64,000 nucleotides of DNA from Epiperipatus broadwayi. Lineage: Eukaryota > Animalia > Onychophora. Below are positions 13,101-26,089 of this stretch, one piece after another (the stretch's first letter is position 1; each line of letters starts with the position of its first letter). The position numbers and the translations under genes are program-made. The DNA is taken from positions 18,910,001-18,974,000 of the forward strand of contig JAQFVV010000005.1 in the NCBI GenBank assembly GCA_028023455.1. Direction: 5' to 3'. The notes beneath the pieces are model-generated. The model saw only the letters and a program-made list of their open reading frames with translations. It was not told the origin of the DNA and ran no database searches.

Positions 13101-16100
13101 GTGATGAATTTTGATAGTGGGAGGAAGGTTAGGATTACTATAGATGTATTAGAGTAGGAAATAGGGGTGGTGTTAGCTCACCCTATTGATAATAGTCAGC
13201 ATCTGCTGGTATATGCTTCTAGAACATTGTAAAAAGCAGAGTGGAACTACAATCAAATTGATGGGGAAGTACTGGCAATTTCTCATAGTTAAGAATTATT
13301 GTCAGTTTTTGTTTGGGCATGGTTTTAAAATTATTACAGATCCTAAGCCTCTGCTGGGAATTTTAGGTAATGACCAGGCAGCGCCTGAGCATTTAAGTCT
13401 GCGAATGTTATAATGGCAGGAATTTGTTAGTCATACAATTACACATTAAAATATAAATGAGGTAAAGAACATATCACATGCAGACATGTTGTCAAGATTT
13501 CCATACAATCAAAAGCTAGACAATAGGGATGTTTAGGTTAATTATTGTTGTATCCGCCAGTCTGACTGTGCCAATGTTATATCTGCAAGTATGTCTGTGC
13601 GATCAGCAAATAACTATGTTCAATTCCCACGATGTTCTCTTGCAACGAATGCTCTGCTGTGGATGCTCTCCAACGAATGGTCTGCAATGAATGCTCTGAA
13701 TACACTCTGTATTCTCTGCAACAGATGCTCTCCAACGAATGGTCTGCACCGAATGCTCTGCAAACGGGCGCTCTCCAACAAAGGGTCTGCAATGAATGCT
13801 CTCCAATGAATGGTCTGCAAATGGATGCTCTCCAACGAATGGTCTGCAACAAGACTATTTCTACAGATCGCTAAAATTCAATTCCCATGATGTTCTTTCA
13901 GGCTGGCTGATACAAAAATGGTTCACAATGGGCATACCTTAGCCCCAGTCCAGTTTAGCTGTACACGAACTCTACTCTTCGTAGTAAGCACTGTGACTGA
14001 TCTTAAGCTCCTCACAGCTTCTGTCTCTGCAACAGTCTACTTCACTTGAAAAACGCTGGAAACTCAACTCTTTATTCAACTGCTATCCAGACGGTTTCCT
14101 CAGGCTGTGGTCTCCTTCAGCTATACCCATGAACTACATTTCCACTGGGCGCTGGACATTAACCGCAAGCACTGACGCTAGATATCTCCTACTGAAATTG
14201 AACAGTAACTCTACTGTAGATGCACTCAATACTGTCTGCTACTCCAATACTGCATAGTTCTTACCTAGTCTTCTTATCGCGCTCTGATAACTGAGGAATT
14301 TAATTAAGGCATTGACGTAATGGCGATCGACAATTCCAAGAAATATTTGCTGATTGCAAATATTTCTGGATAAGAGACCATACCTTATTGGACAATGAAT
14401 TGATTGTTGCTATTATCAGAAAGCGATAAGAAGACTGGGTAAGAACTACGCAGTATTGGAGTAGCGGACAGTATTGAGTGCATCTACAGTAGAGTTACTG
14501 TTCAATTCCAGTAGGAGATATCTAGCGTCAGTGCTTGCGGTTAATGTCCAGCGCCCAGCAGAAATGTAGTTCATGGGTATAGCTGAAGGAGACCACATCC
14601 TGAGGAAACCATCTGGATAGCAGCTGAATAAAGAGTTGAGTTTCCAGCGGTTTTAGTGAAGTAGACTGTTGCAGAGACAGAAGCTGTAAGGAGCTTAAGG
14701 TCAGTCACAGTGCATACTATGAAGAGTTTGTGTACAGCTAAACTGGACTGGGGCTAAGATATGCCCATTGTGAACCATTTTTGTAGCAGCCAGCCTGAAA
14801 GAACATCATGGAAATTGAATTTTAGCAAACTGTAGAAAGACTCGTTGCCGAGCATTCGTTGGAGAGCATCCGTTTGCAGAGCATTTGTTGGAGAGCATTC
14901 GTTGCAGACCATTCGTTGGAGAGCATTTGTGGCAGAGCATTCGTTGGAGAGCATCCGTTGCAGAGCATTCGGTGCAGACCATTCTTGGAGAGCATCAGTG
15001 GCAGAGCATTCGTTAGAGAGCATCCGTTGCAGAGAATACAGAGTGGATTGATAGCATAACTCACAAATTTGTAAACAGACCAAGTGTGGATAGGAAAAAA
15101 AAGTATGAGGTTTTGATGAACTGGATTAAGAAGAGCTGCTTAAAACTAGACCTAGCTAGGTGGCAGTGGGATTTTGGTCAAATAAAGAGCAGTTAGGGGA
15201 TGCATAGAAATGGAAAATAGAGTTCTTATACCGCCTGCAGGGAGGGAGAAAGTTTTAAAACTTTTACATGAAGACATGAAGGGCATCCAAGCATAGTGGG
15301 TGAGAAAGCTTTGGCACATAGCTATATCTGGTGGCTGCAAATTAATGAAGATATTGAAAACTATGTTAAATATTGCTCAGAAATGAATTACCAGTGAATG
15401 TTTTGCATCCTGGCCAAAGGCAACAAAAGCATGGGAGAATGTGCATATTTATCATACTAATTCTATTAATGGAAAAATTTTATTGATAATAATTGGCACT
15501 TTTTCCAGATGGATTAAATGCCACATAGTGAAAAATACTAGTGCCCAAAAACAATTAATGTTTGAAGATGGTTTGTTCTATAAATGGTTTTCTGGAAGTT
15601 ATAATGTCTGATAACAAGACAAGTTTTACCTGGGAGGAATTACTCCAGTTTTAAATACTTATTGGATACATCATATGTGAATACCCTATATATCAACTGG
15701 AATCAAATGGATTAGTTGAGAAGGGGTACAGCAAATAAAGTGAAGTTTAAAATAACTTAGAAATGTATGATGCTTTACAAACATTTATGCTATACCAACA
15801 TTCAATGCCATCTGCAGTGACCAATTGTCAATGTTGCATCCCAACACACAAAGAGTGTTCCAAATAAGAAGTCGTGAAAGACATTTGGAATTAGTGAGCT
15901 TGTATGGGTGAAGGATATAATACAAAAGAAAATGGATCAGTGGAATAATAGACAAAATATTCTCAAATCAAATACATGTGGTTAGTGGGCTAAATGGTTT
16001 ACAATACAGACATCATGTGAATCATATGAGAAAAAAGAGCTAGAGGAATTACGCTTGGAAATATTACAGGTTGCAGGAACTCAGAGTTATGAAAGAAGCA

Positions 16101-17136
16101 CTATGGGAGGAAAAATAGAGAAAACCTAGTTGAGGAAAAAAGTGATGAATTTTCAGAGGTAATTCAAAGGAAAGTTAAGAAAAATAAATCACCCAGGCTT
16201 TGCGCCCTAAATGAAAACCAAGAAAATGGTACGATTATGTGTAGAAGGAATAATACTAACTTCTGGAGTGAGAGGAGGAAATATAGTATTTATATATTGA
16301 ATAAGTAATTAAATTTAAATAATGGCAAAATACTCCAGCAGCATAAGTTAACAAAAAATAGAGAAATGTATTAATTTATAATTTAAAGAAAACTAAAGTA
16401 AAAGGATTTAGGAAATTGATTGACATCAGAGATAAATAAAAACATTTGTGGAATGAGAAATATTAAGAATGTACATAGAGTAGTTTCGTAATTAGAAAGT
16501 TTTGTTATAGACTTCTTGAAAAGTATGAAAGAGCAAGATGGAGAACTGATTACAGAAAAGATACAGCAACCTAAAATAGAATATCCAGAAAGTGATACTA
16601 ATTAAATTTAAAGCAAAGGAATTTAATCAAGTAGGATAATCATATAAGGGAATAAATGCAGACTATATAAGCTCAGATATTACAGGAATTAAGTGTTTTT
16701 TTACTTCTCGGTTGTTGTGGATTTGGTGTCTAATACCTGGTCTTATCTGTAGCAAGTTGTCATGCACCAGCAAGAGAGAAAACCCAGATACTTGGATCTG
16801 AATGTACTGAAACCTGACTAGTTTTAAAACAGATCAACCTGACCTTTTTATTATTTTGTAAGCCTAAAGGGCTATCAGGATTCAACAATATGAAACATGG
16901 TAAAGTATTTAGTGGAGATTGAAAGAGCTATGTTAGAATGAAGAACTGTCATTATGGGAAATAAATTTAAGAGTGACTTTTAAATTATTTAGAACTATGG
17001 GGAGTATATGTTGTGTAAATGTAAATAATCAAATGTTGATATATTTGAAAAGGACAATAAACATCATTTTTCTTAAGATATTTTCATATATTTTTTGAGT
17101 GTGTTTCTTACTCAAGTTGTTGGGAAATATGCCACA
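10175..17136 (+). mobile_element. Old, degenerate Ty3/Gypsy LTR retrotransposon related to the 17292-22740 element
   Basis: Diverged LTRs at ~10175-10954 and ~16282-17136; AAAAT on both flanks (probable TSD); PPT GGAGTGAGAGGAGGA. Disrupted gag/PR/RT/RH/IN peptides (QLAKHC, LLDQLLW, PFGVTTVPTIFQAKLN, LEKCVWETQELKFLGH) align with the intact element. Confidence 0.85.
13548..15046. mobile_element. ~1.5 kb non-coding foldback element with modular ~14-15 bp subterminal tandem repeats, nested in the old Gypsy pol
   Basis: Arms ~13703-14290 and 14413-15045 are reverse complements. Units GAATGCTCTCCAAC and GAATGGTCTGCAAC. The element interrupts pol between ..DV*VNY and IDSITHKFVN. ATTG at 13544-13547 and 15047-15050 is a possible TSD. 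Confidence 0.8.
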
Positions 17137-17291
17137 AAAATATTTCTCTAATTGTCAATCAGGTTTTTGGGTACACTATCAAAAATGAAATAAATGGACC
17201 AGAAATTTTTTATACAGATCTGAAAACTTTATACTTTTAAATAAATGTAAAAATTTTCTCTATTTTTGTACAGTATGAACAGATAGACTCC

Positions 17292-18024
17292 TGTTATATC
17301 TGTAAATAGTTGCCGAAAAAATTACTTTAGAAGTAAAATCGTGGTAAAATAAAAGTTATTATCCTAGGCATAGAAAAGTATGTGCGCACATAAAGAAATA
17401 GAAAGAATTGAAATGTATATAATAGTTATCTAAAAACGAGTGTTAAATCATGGCAGAAGAAAATATATTAAAATGAAGTGAGAAGGAAAAGACTAAAATT
17501 GTGTAAACTGTAATTAAAGATTATGAATTCCTGAGGGGTTGAAGCAAATTATAGAAGCAAAATCCAAGATGGAAGTAAGGACTAATTAAAGATTATGAAT
17601 TCCTGAGGGGATAAGAAAAACCTAGATTAATTAAAATAACTTTTAATTAATAGACAATGGAATGCGTGAGACTAAAACGCAGTTTAGAAGGAGATAGTGA
17701 TTCATTCTTTTCCTGAGAGCCGGAGTGAGTGCAAGGACTTTGTGAACTTATATTCACTCAGGAATATAGGACGCCACCCAGCCAACTCGGGGCTGAAGGT
17801 TAAAAGTACCGACTAGGGTAATGTACAGCCCACCACAGGTTTAATATTATTTTGTAAGCCTACGGGTTTTTGTAATAAGATAATTGTGGAAAATCCATAA
17901 TATATGTATTATTTAATAGACTAATTATAGATCTGTAAACTATACTAAAATTTATGACAAATATATCTAACATTTATTTTAAGTATTATTTGTAGTGTTT
18001 TTATTATTTTGTAAAGACATAACA
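17292..18024 (+). repeat. 5' LTR
   Basis: TG...CA termini; direct repeat of 22005-22740 with roughly a dozen substitutions plus one altered ~30 bp patch. Confidence 0.95.
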
Positions 18025-18028
18025 AAAT

Positions 18029-18039
18029 TGGCGCAGTCG
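18029..18039 (+). promoter_or_regulatory. Primer binding site, tRNA-Ser type
   Basis: TGGCGCAGTCG lies 4 nt after the 5' LTR and is complementary to the ...CGACTGCGCCA 3' end of a metazoan tRNA-Ser (recalled sequence, not searched). Confidence 0.75.
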
Positions 18040-18121
18040 TGTTCGAACTTTGTGGGTAGATTTAAAAATAGTCGGTAATAAAGTTTTTTTTTTCTTCAAG
18101 TTGAGAAAAAGGAAAAAAAAA

Positions 18122-21100
18122 ATGTCGATAGGGCTAGCTAGCATCGCAGAATTCGACATAGGTAGTCTGCATGAATGGCCGTATTATGTAATGCAGTTGC
18201 AAAATTTTTTCAAATTGAATTTAATTTGTGAAAATGAAAAGAAAGTAGCCGCATTTTTCTGTCTATCAGGGAGAAAGGTTATTGAAATAGCAAATAAACT
18301 TTTTCAGGGACAAATAACAGATCTAATTAGTTACGACGAGTTAGTTAATAAGTTAACAGAATATTTCAGCCCTAAGCCATCATTATATGTAGCCAGATTA
18401 AACCTTCGGAAACGAAAACAGGAAAGAAACGAATCCATTAAAGAGTATGATATCGCTCTACATCAACTAGCTAAAAATTGCGATTATGGCAATTTTGTAG
18501 ACCAGATCTTAATAGATCAACTACTTTGGGGAATTTGTGATGAGAGATTAAGACAGTCTTTATTGTCAGAAGTAAAATTAATGTACGATAGTGCAATCCA
18601 AAAAGGGATTGTATACGAATCCGTAATAGACCAAGTAAGAAAATTTTCTAAAAAAGAAGAAACTAGTAGAATAGAGATTTATAAAATTAACAAATATGAA
18701 AAAAAAGATTTTAAAACTGATAATAAGTTTCTAGTTGAATGTTTTGCTTGCGGTAAAAAAGGCCATTTGGCAAAAGAATGTAGATTTAGAAAGGAACAAT
18801 GCTATAATTGCAGTGGGAAGGGCCACATAGCAAATGTATATAAAAAAACGCAGAGAAAAATGAGTAGTAGAAAAGATTTTAAAATTAAGAAAAATAGTAT
18901 TAAAAATAATAATGGAAAGAATAACCAAGATCAGTTGTTTTTGCAAATTTTAATGTTTCAGAAGAAAATTAAAATGGAAATAGATAGTGGGTCCGGGATT
19001 TCGTTAATTTCTAAAAAGTTGTGGAATAAAATAGTTATAGATAATCCCGGGATAGAATTACAAAAAGTATCATTAAAAATTAAAGACGTAAATGGAAATC
19101 CCATTAAAATAGTAGGGAAAGTTAATGCAAAAATAACTCATAGCAAAAGGAATTACGAACTTCCAGTATATGTAGTACAAAAAGATATTACTCCGTTAAT
19201 AGGTCGTGATTGGTTTGATAAGTTGGGGATAAAATTTTCAATAGTTAAAAAGATTTCAGTCGAGAATGAAATGTTAGAAAAATACCCAAAATTATTCACA
19301 GAGGAATTGGGGTTGATGGATACAAAACCGATTGAATTAAATCTAAGTGATAATGCAAAACCTTGTATTTGTAGACCCAGAAAAATACCATTCGCACAAC
19401 GTAAAATGGCTGAGGAAAAAATTAATAAGTTAGTGGAAACGGGGGTTTTGTCACCTATAGAAGAGTCGGAATGGGCTACACCAGTGGTAATATTAAACAA
19501 ACCAGACGGTAGAATTAGAATATGCGGAGATTATAGAACAATGGTGAATAAGTATTTAAAGAAGGGTTCATATCCCATTCCCAATATTAGAAAAATATTA
19601 AGTAGCTTATCGAGTGCAAAATATTTTGCAAAGTTAGATTTGAATGCAGCCTATCACCAAATTAGAGTTACTGAAAATACAGCTCGTGTATTAACGTTGA
19701 CAACTCAGTTTGGGCTTTTTAAATGTAACCGTTTACCATTCGGAATAACATCGGCTCCGAATATTTTCCAAGCAAAATTAAACGGTATATTAAATGGTAT
19801 TGAAAGTGTGCACCCATATTACGATGACATTTTAATTGCAGAATCAATGGCTGGTAGGTTAGCTGAAAAAATTAAAGTTGTCTGTAAAAAGCTATGTAAT
19901 GCAGGGGTTAAACTTAACTTGAAAAAATGTGTATGGGAAACGCAAGAAATAAAGTTTCTTGGGCATTTAATTACTAACAGAGGTAAAAAACCTTTACCTG
20001 AAAAAATAAGTGCAGTTAAAAATATAGACTCACCTAAGAGTGTTAAACAGCTGCAAGCTTTTTTAGGACTCATAAATTTTTTTGAACCTTTTTTAAAAAA
20101 TAAAGCCATGATAGCAGCACCACTGTACAAGTTGTTGAGGAAAGGTCAAAAGTGGACATGGAACGAAAGGCACGAACAAGCATTTAAGGCAGTTAAACAA
20201 TTATTAACATCAGATTCTTTTTTAGTGCATTTTGATCTAAATAAAGAAGTAGTATTAACAACCGATGGATCTCATTTCGGAATAGGAGCAGTATTAGCTC
20301 ATAAAACTAATGGTTTAGAGAGACCCATAGCATACGCATCAAGAACGTTGTCAAATGCTGAACGTAATTATAGCCAGCTAGATAAAGAAGTGCTAGCAAT
20401 AATGTGGGCCATTAAAAAATTTCACCAATATATTTATGGAAGAGATTTTACAATAATAACGGATCACAAGCCATTAATAAGCATTATAGGGAAAGATTGC
20501 CCAATACCGGAACATTTAAGCCCGAGAATGATCAGATGGGTAAATATATTAAATAGTTATGATTTCAGTTTGGAATTCAGAAAAGGCAAATGTATAGCAT
20601 ATGCAGATGCTCTATCCAGAGTACCGGAAAATAACAAGGAGAGTGAAATAGAAGTTGAAGTGAACTTCATAGATACTTTAAATTCTAAAATGATAAATAG
20701 TAAAAACATTAAGGATTGGACTGAAAAGGAAGAAAGTTATAGAATATTATGTAAGTGGATTAAACATGGATGGCCAGAAAAGAAACCCGGAACAGTTATC
20801 AACCGCATTCTGGATGAACAGAGACAAACTATCAATCTGTAAAGGGTGTATAGTGATGGGAGATCGAATAGTGGTCCCTCCTGAAGGTAGATGGAGAGTC
20901 TTGAAAATAATTCACCAAGGACACCCAGGGATAGTGAGAGCAAAGGCTCTAGCCAGAAGTTATGTGTGGTGGCCAAAAATTAATGTGGATATTGAGAACT
21001 TTATAAATAAATGAGAGATATGCCAAGCAGAAAGGACTTTACCAGTAAAACAATATGTGTCGGCGGCCAAAGCCATCGAATCCGTGGCAACGTATACATA

Positions 21101-21991
21101 TTGACCATTTTGGACCTATAGAGGGAAAAACATATTTTATATTAATAGATGCAACTTCTAGATGGATAGAATGCCATCAAGCAAAATCTACAAGTAGTGA
21201 GGAAACAATAAAAATACTAAAGGAAATATTTTTAACACACGGTTTCCCGGAGGCGATTGTATCAGATAATGGACCAAGTTTTGTGAGTAATGAATTTAAA
21301 CAGGGCATGGACTCATGGAATATAAATCATATATTGACACCGCCGTATCACCCCGAGTCGAATGGGTTAGCCGCGAGAGCAGTGCGTCAAGCAAAGCAAT
21401 TTATTAAAAAGAGTACTAGTAGGGATACACAGAAGATTGTAAAAGAATTCATGTGGCATCAAAACATTACACCGTCAACAACGACAAGAAAATCTGCTGC
21501 GGAAATATTATTTGGAAGAAAAATAAGAACTGGACTTGATTTCTTAAAACCAAAGAAATTCGAACAATGGGAACCAGAAGAAACAATAGAAAAATTTGGT
21601 ATTGGAGACAACGTAATGTGCAGACATGTTAAGGAAAAAATGGATAAATGGTAGGATAGAAAAAAAATTGTCAAAGCAAATTTACATAATTAAAGGTGAA
21701 GATAACCAAATCTATAGACGTCATAAAAATCATATTAGAAGACGGTATGAAAGTGAACAAAATACGTACGATGGGCAACAACAAATAGAGATAGCAGACG
21801 AACCTAAAGATATAAAACAGAATGAGAGAAATACGAATATTAAAGCACACGAGGAAATCGTTATAGAAGAGACAACGGAAATCGATAACAGTTTTCCTCA
21901 AGAGGAAAAAAAATCACCGAGACCAGTGCGTTTTAAAAGAAAACCAGCGAATTTGGAAGATTTTGTAACATCGGAAAAACAAAACTTCTAA
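18122..21991 (+). pseudogene. gag-pol polyprotein: open through gag, PR, RT and RH; integrase broken by frameshifts (~20788, ~21063, ~21640) and a TGA at 21012-21014
   Basis: CCHC knuckle CFACGKKGHLAKEC; protease IDSG; RT RICGDYR, LPFG, YYDD; RNase H TTDGS, DHKPL; IN HQGHPG..C..C, RIHIDH, IVSDNG, SNGLA. Confidence 0.92.
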
Positions 21992-22004
21992 AGTGGGGGA
22001 GGAG
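21991..22004 (+). promoter_or_regulatory. Polypurine tract
   Basis: AAGTGGGGGAGGAG directly abuts the 3' LTR. Confidence 0.9.
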
Positions 22005-22740
22005 TGTTATATCTGTAAATAGTTGCCGATAAAATTACTTTAGAAGTAAAATCGTGGTAAAATAAAAGTTATTATTCTAGGCATAGAAAAGTATGTGTGC
22101 ACATAAAGAAATAGAAAGAATTGAAATGTATATAATAGTTATCTAAAAACGAGTGTTAAATTATGGCAGAAGAAAATATATTAAAATGAAGTGAGAAGGA
22201 AAAGACTAAAATTGTGTAAACTGTAAAAAAAATTTTGAATTAAAAAAAATATTTTTGAAGCAAATTATAGAAGCAAAATCCAAGATGGAAGTAAGGACTA
22301 ATTAAAGATTATGAATTCCTGAGGGGATAAGAAAAACCTAGATTAATTAAAATAACTTTTAATTAATAGACAATAGAATGCGCGAGACTAAAACGCAGTT
22401 TAGAAGGAGATAGTGATTCATTCTTTTCCTGAGAGCCGGAGTGAGTGCAAGAACTTTGTGAACTTATATTCACTCAGGAATATAGGACGCCACCCAGCCA
22501 ACTCGGGGCTGAAGGTTAAAAGTACCGACTAGGGTAATGTACAGCCCACCACGGGTTTAATATTATTTTGTAAGCCTACGGGTTTTTGTAATAAGATAAT
22601 TGTGGGAAATCCGTAATATATGTATTATTTAATAGACTAATTATAGATTCGTAAACTATACTAAAATTTATGATAAATATATCTAACATTTATTTTAAGT
22701 ATTATTTGTAGTGTTTTTATTATTTTGTAAAGACATAACA
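22005..22740 (+). repeat. 3' LTR
   Basis: Direct repeat of 17292-18024, followed by TSD ACTCC. Confidence 0.95.
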
Positions 22741-22748
22741 ACTCCAAT

Positions 22749-22885
22749 TGTATTTATATATTGGACTATTTCCATCATCTAATATATGTATTGGATGTCT
22801 AGAAAAATTTAACTTTGATGAAAATAGTCCAATATATAAATACAATAAAAATACCATCATCACAAACCTTCAGGAAAACAGATAG
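22749..22885. repeat. 'Family E' short inverted-repeat element (related to 2578-2640 and 31398-31830)
   Basis: TGTATTTATATATTGGACTATTT is mirrored by AAATAGTCCAATATATAAATACA, followed by the shared tail ACCATCAT.ACAAACCTTCAG. Confidence 0.55.
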
Positions 22886-25505
22886 ATTCTAGATTTAATC
22901 TTTTACTAACATAAGTTTTTATTTGAATAATTCCATTCAATTGGGAGAATGTAACTTTCAAATGAAGTTGGGTCACTTGGATATTTTGAGAATTCTTAAT
23001 TCTCTTAACTATGAATAGACCTGCCAAGCATTTCTTTTCACATTTGTTTTCTTAAATCTATCTATTTAATATTGTTGTTAAAAAATGATGTTTAATTCAT
23101 CTTATAAATATGTGTAAGCTGTGATTAAATTGTAAAAACAAGAATGTTACTGATTTGCAATTTTGATACAACTGAGTTTAGGCCATTTTGATTAATTAGA
23201 AGTTATGATGTTGATACAAATAAATAAATGTGAAATTTTCTAAATGTATCTAGTTGACTTTGTTAATTATTACAATAAGTTGAGTTAGGTTCATAATAAC
23301 CAATATTCCTATTGTTATTGTGTTAAAAACTTTAGTATGGATAATTTGATATTGGTATAAATGCCTTAATTTTTTTTTTTAATTAATATTTTAATTGAAT
23401 GTAAAATAAATCATAATTTTTAACATATTTACTGTTATATCTAAAAAGATTCTAGATGTGGTTTGATAAGAGGATAGAAAGTTTCTATCAGTTGCTAGTT
23501 ATTAGATTGTTGATTTAGCACTTGTTATTTATAATTCATATAGTATATTCACAAAAAGACTGAAGATTATTAATTTTTTGAAATATTATTATAACATCAT
23601 CTATAAAAGCTATGGATAAAATAAACATTCCCTAAATATTATGGATGAAAATACTTGTAGATTTTCTTCTGATTTCTTAATGATTGTATTGAAGAAAATA
23701 GCTAAAAATAGTCATTGGAGAAGGGGCAGATAAAATATTAAAAAAGTCATAGATCACTATGAATGAATGACGGTTACACCGATTAAGAAAATATTTATAG
23801 AAAAGTAGTATTGGTAAGTATACATTTACAAGATCAAATGCAGGCCTCAGAACTGAAAAAAAAAGTAACCATGAAAATATATATATATGCATTAAAAATT
23901 ATTAACAATAATATTTTAGTAAGATTTTTTAAAATAAAATTATAGGATTCATATAATTATAAAACTTTTATACTTTTTCAAAAAAACTAATACTGTAGTA
24001 ATTTTATAAAAATAAAGGTATACCAAAATAAATAAATAAAAATATTTTTTTTCTTTCTAATAATTCATTACATTTGACATTACTCAGTTTGACCCTCCTC
24101 CTCCTTTTTAATTGAATTTAAAAAATGAGATTCCTTTTTTTTTTAATTTGTTAATCACCAAATAAAAAATAAAAATTAGTTTAAATAAAATATTCCATTT
24201 TCTTTATTGGAAAAAAATAAATAAATAGCATTACTTTAAACAAAAATAATTTTGCAAACCCAGACATATAAATGAATAAATTTAATGCAATCTTTTATTT
24301 AAACATTTGATTTTAGATTTTTATTTTGAAAATATATAAATTTAATGATAAATTCATTATTAAATCAATCTTTGTAGCAGTGATAGAGCTAAAAAAAATA
24401 TTTATAATAATATTATTTTTCAATTAAAATTTAAATTAAAAACTTCTCATGGTACTGGTCCACTTAAAAATATTCTCATATAAAAAGGATCATAAGATAA
24501 AAAGTACAATAAAATAAAATTTAAAATATTAGCTTTAAGTTGGGTAAATTCTAGATTTATATTGCTATTTTATATTTGTATAAGATTTAAAAAAAAAAAA
24601 ATAGAAGCATGTAACCATTATATTTTCAAAAATTATTTTAAAAATATCATTAAATAAATAAAATACATTTATTTTTAATATTTATATCATAAATGAGTCA
24701 TACAAAGAATACTGAAAAAATTGTCACTTATACATATAATCACAATAATACAATGTAAAGTAAACCAAACATAAATTATATTTTAATATTTTTTCTATAT
24801 ACATATATATATATATTAAAAAACAAAAATTCAGAAAATTTTTAGATTCACTAAGTATAGAGAACATTATCCCACAAGTGGAAAGATAAATTTCAATGTA
24901 TTTTGATTTGACAGGTAATTTGGTTGGAAAATTCAACAACTAACCTTATATTAATTTTTATCCACAAATTAATCTTATATGTGAAAGAATATGTTATATA
25001 TTTTATTCTATGCTAAAAAATAATATAATTACATCCAGGCAAAACAAGGATTAAATTTCTACCTGTAACATGTTTAAATAAAATTTCTTATATTAAGATC
25101 TTATTTCTAAAATTATATTCAAATACATAAAAATCAAAAATAATAATAAAATTGATAAGGAATCTAGACAGTAAAGAATTGTAGGTAGTAATGTTTAATA
25201 AACATGATTGAAATTAGTGAAATAATTCTGTGAACATAACAAAAAGGGCAACAACTTTAAATCAAAATAAACACATTATACAAGTCTACAACTCCTATTG
25301 TATTTCTGGCTAGTTTTCAAAACTTACTTCTAAACAGTATGACATTTCAAATGAAAACTATATTGCAGGAAAAGTGATTGAAAAATAAACTGGCAAGAAT
25401 CTTTTAATCTCTGAAATGTAACAACTATATACTCTGCTTAATCCTATATTTGCAAAGAAACCCTCTTAAGGCACTTCAATGAACTATTAGCAACTTTAAC
25501 TGGTC

Positions 25506-25745
25506 TCATAAAAGTTCATTGAGAGGGAGGGCTGGCAATATGGAATCCACACAATTCACCCAAAAATTGGCACAAGATGCATGATACTGGCGTCCACCAT
25601 ATGTTAATTTGTTATTGTCTTGTTCACGGTCAAATGCTTTACTCCGAGAATCAACATTCAGCAAACAAACTCCACATGCTTTATGAGCAATATCAGGATC
25701 AGATTTGAGCACTCCTGCTGAGTAATCCAGAGAACCTGTTTCAGG
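25506..25745 (-). CDS. SYNRG: Synergin gamma, last coding exon
   Basis: PETGSLDYSAGVL...KACGVCLLNVDSRS...KLTYGGRQYHASCANFWVNCV...LL* matches the conserved SYNRG C-terminus as I recall it. Preceded by a TTGCAG acceptor, phase 0. Confidence 0.92.
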   Translation of the reverse strand, partial: PETGSLDYSAGVLKSDPDIAHKACGVCLLNVDSRSKAFDREQDNNKLTYGGRQYHASCANFWVNCVDSILPALPLNELL

Positions 25746-26089
25746 CTGCAATATCAAAAAATCAACAAGTCAATAATGATAATATTCTATTGTTAATAAC
25801 TAATAAATTAAAACAATTTCATTAAAAAACTGAAATGATGTATAAAATATTAATATCTGTTTTATTTTTGTTTTTCTGCATTTGATTTTATTTATTTATT
25901 TTCCAAATTTATTATTTATTTGTTATCTTTGAAAGATTGTAAAATATATTTTACAAAAGTTTTTTACAATACTCATGGATATATTACAATAACAGATTAT
26001 ATATATAAATTACATGAAAACAGCCAAAACCTATCCAAACTATGTAGCTATCAAATAATAAAATGTATATACATATATACAATATATAA

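Larger units (their letters stand above)
17292..22740 (+). mobile_element. Near-intact Ty3/Gypsy LTR retrotransposon
   Basis: LTRs 17292-18024 and 22005-22740 (TGTTAT...ATAACA); 5-bp TSD ACTCC at 17287-17291 and 22741-22745; PBS and PPT present; domain order gag-PR-RT-RH-IN. Confidence 0.97.

Noticed and set aside
13577-15083. Cluster of overlapping 66-109 aa ORFs; possible CRISPR-like array
   Set aside because: The ORFs arise from stop-poor 14-15 bp tandem units on both strands. There are no unique spacers or cas genes, and the context is eukaryotic.
18731-21901. Antisense ORFs within the Gypsy element
   Set aside because: Shadow frames of gag-pol with no recognisable motifs.
22852-22875. 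13-nt microexon (AG|GTTTGTGATGATG|GT on the - strand)
   Set aside because: It is part of a dispersed repeat found three times and lies downstream of the SYNRG stop.
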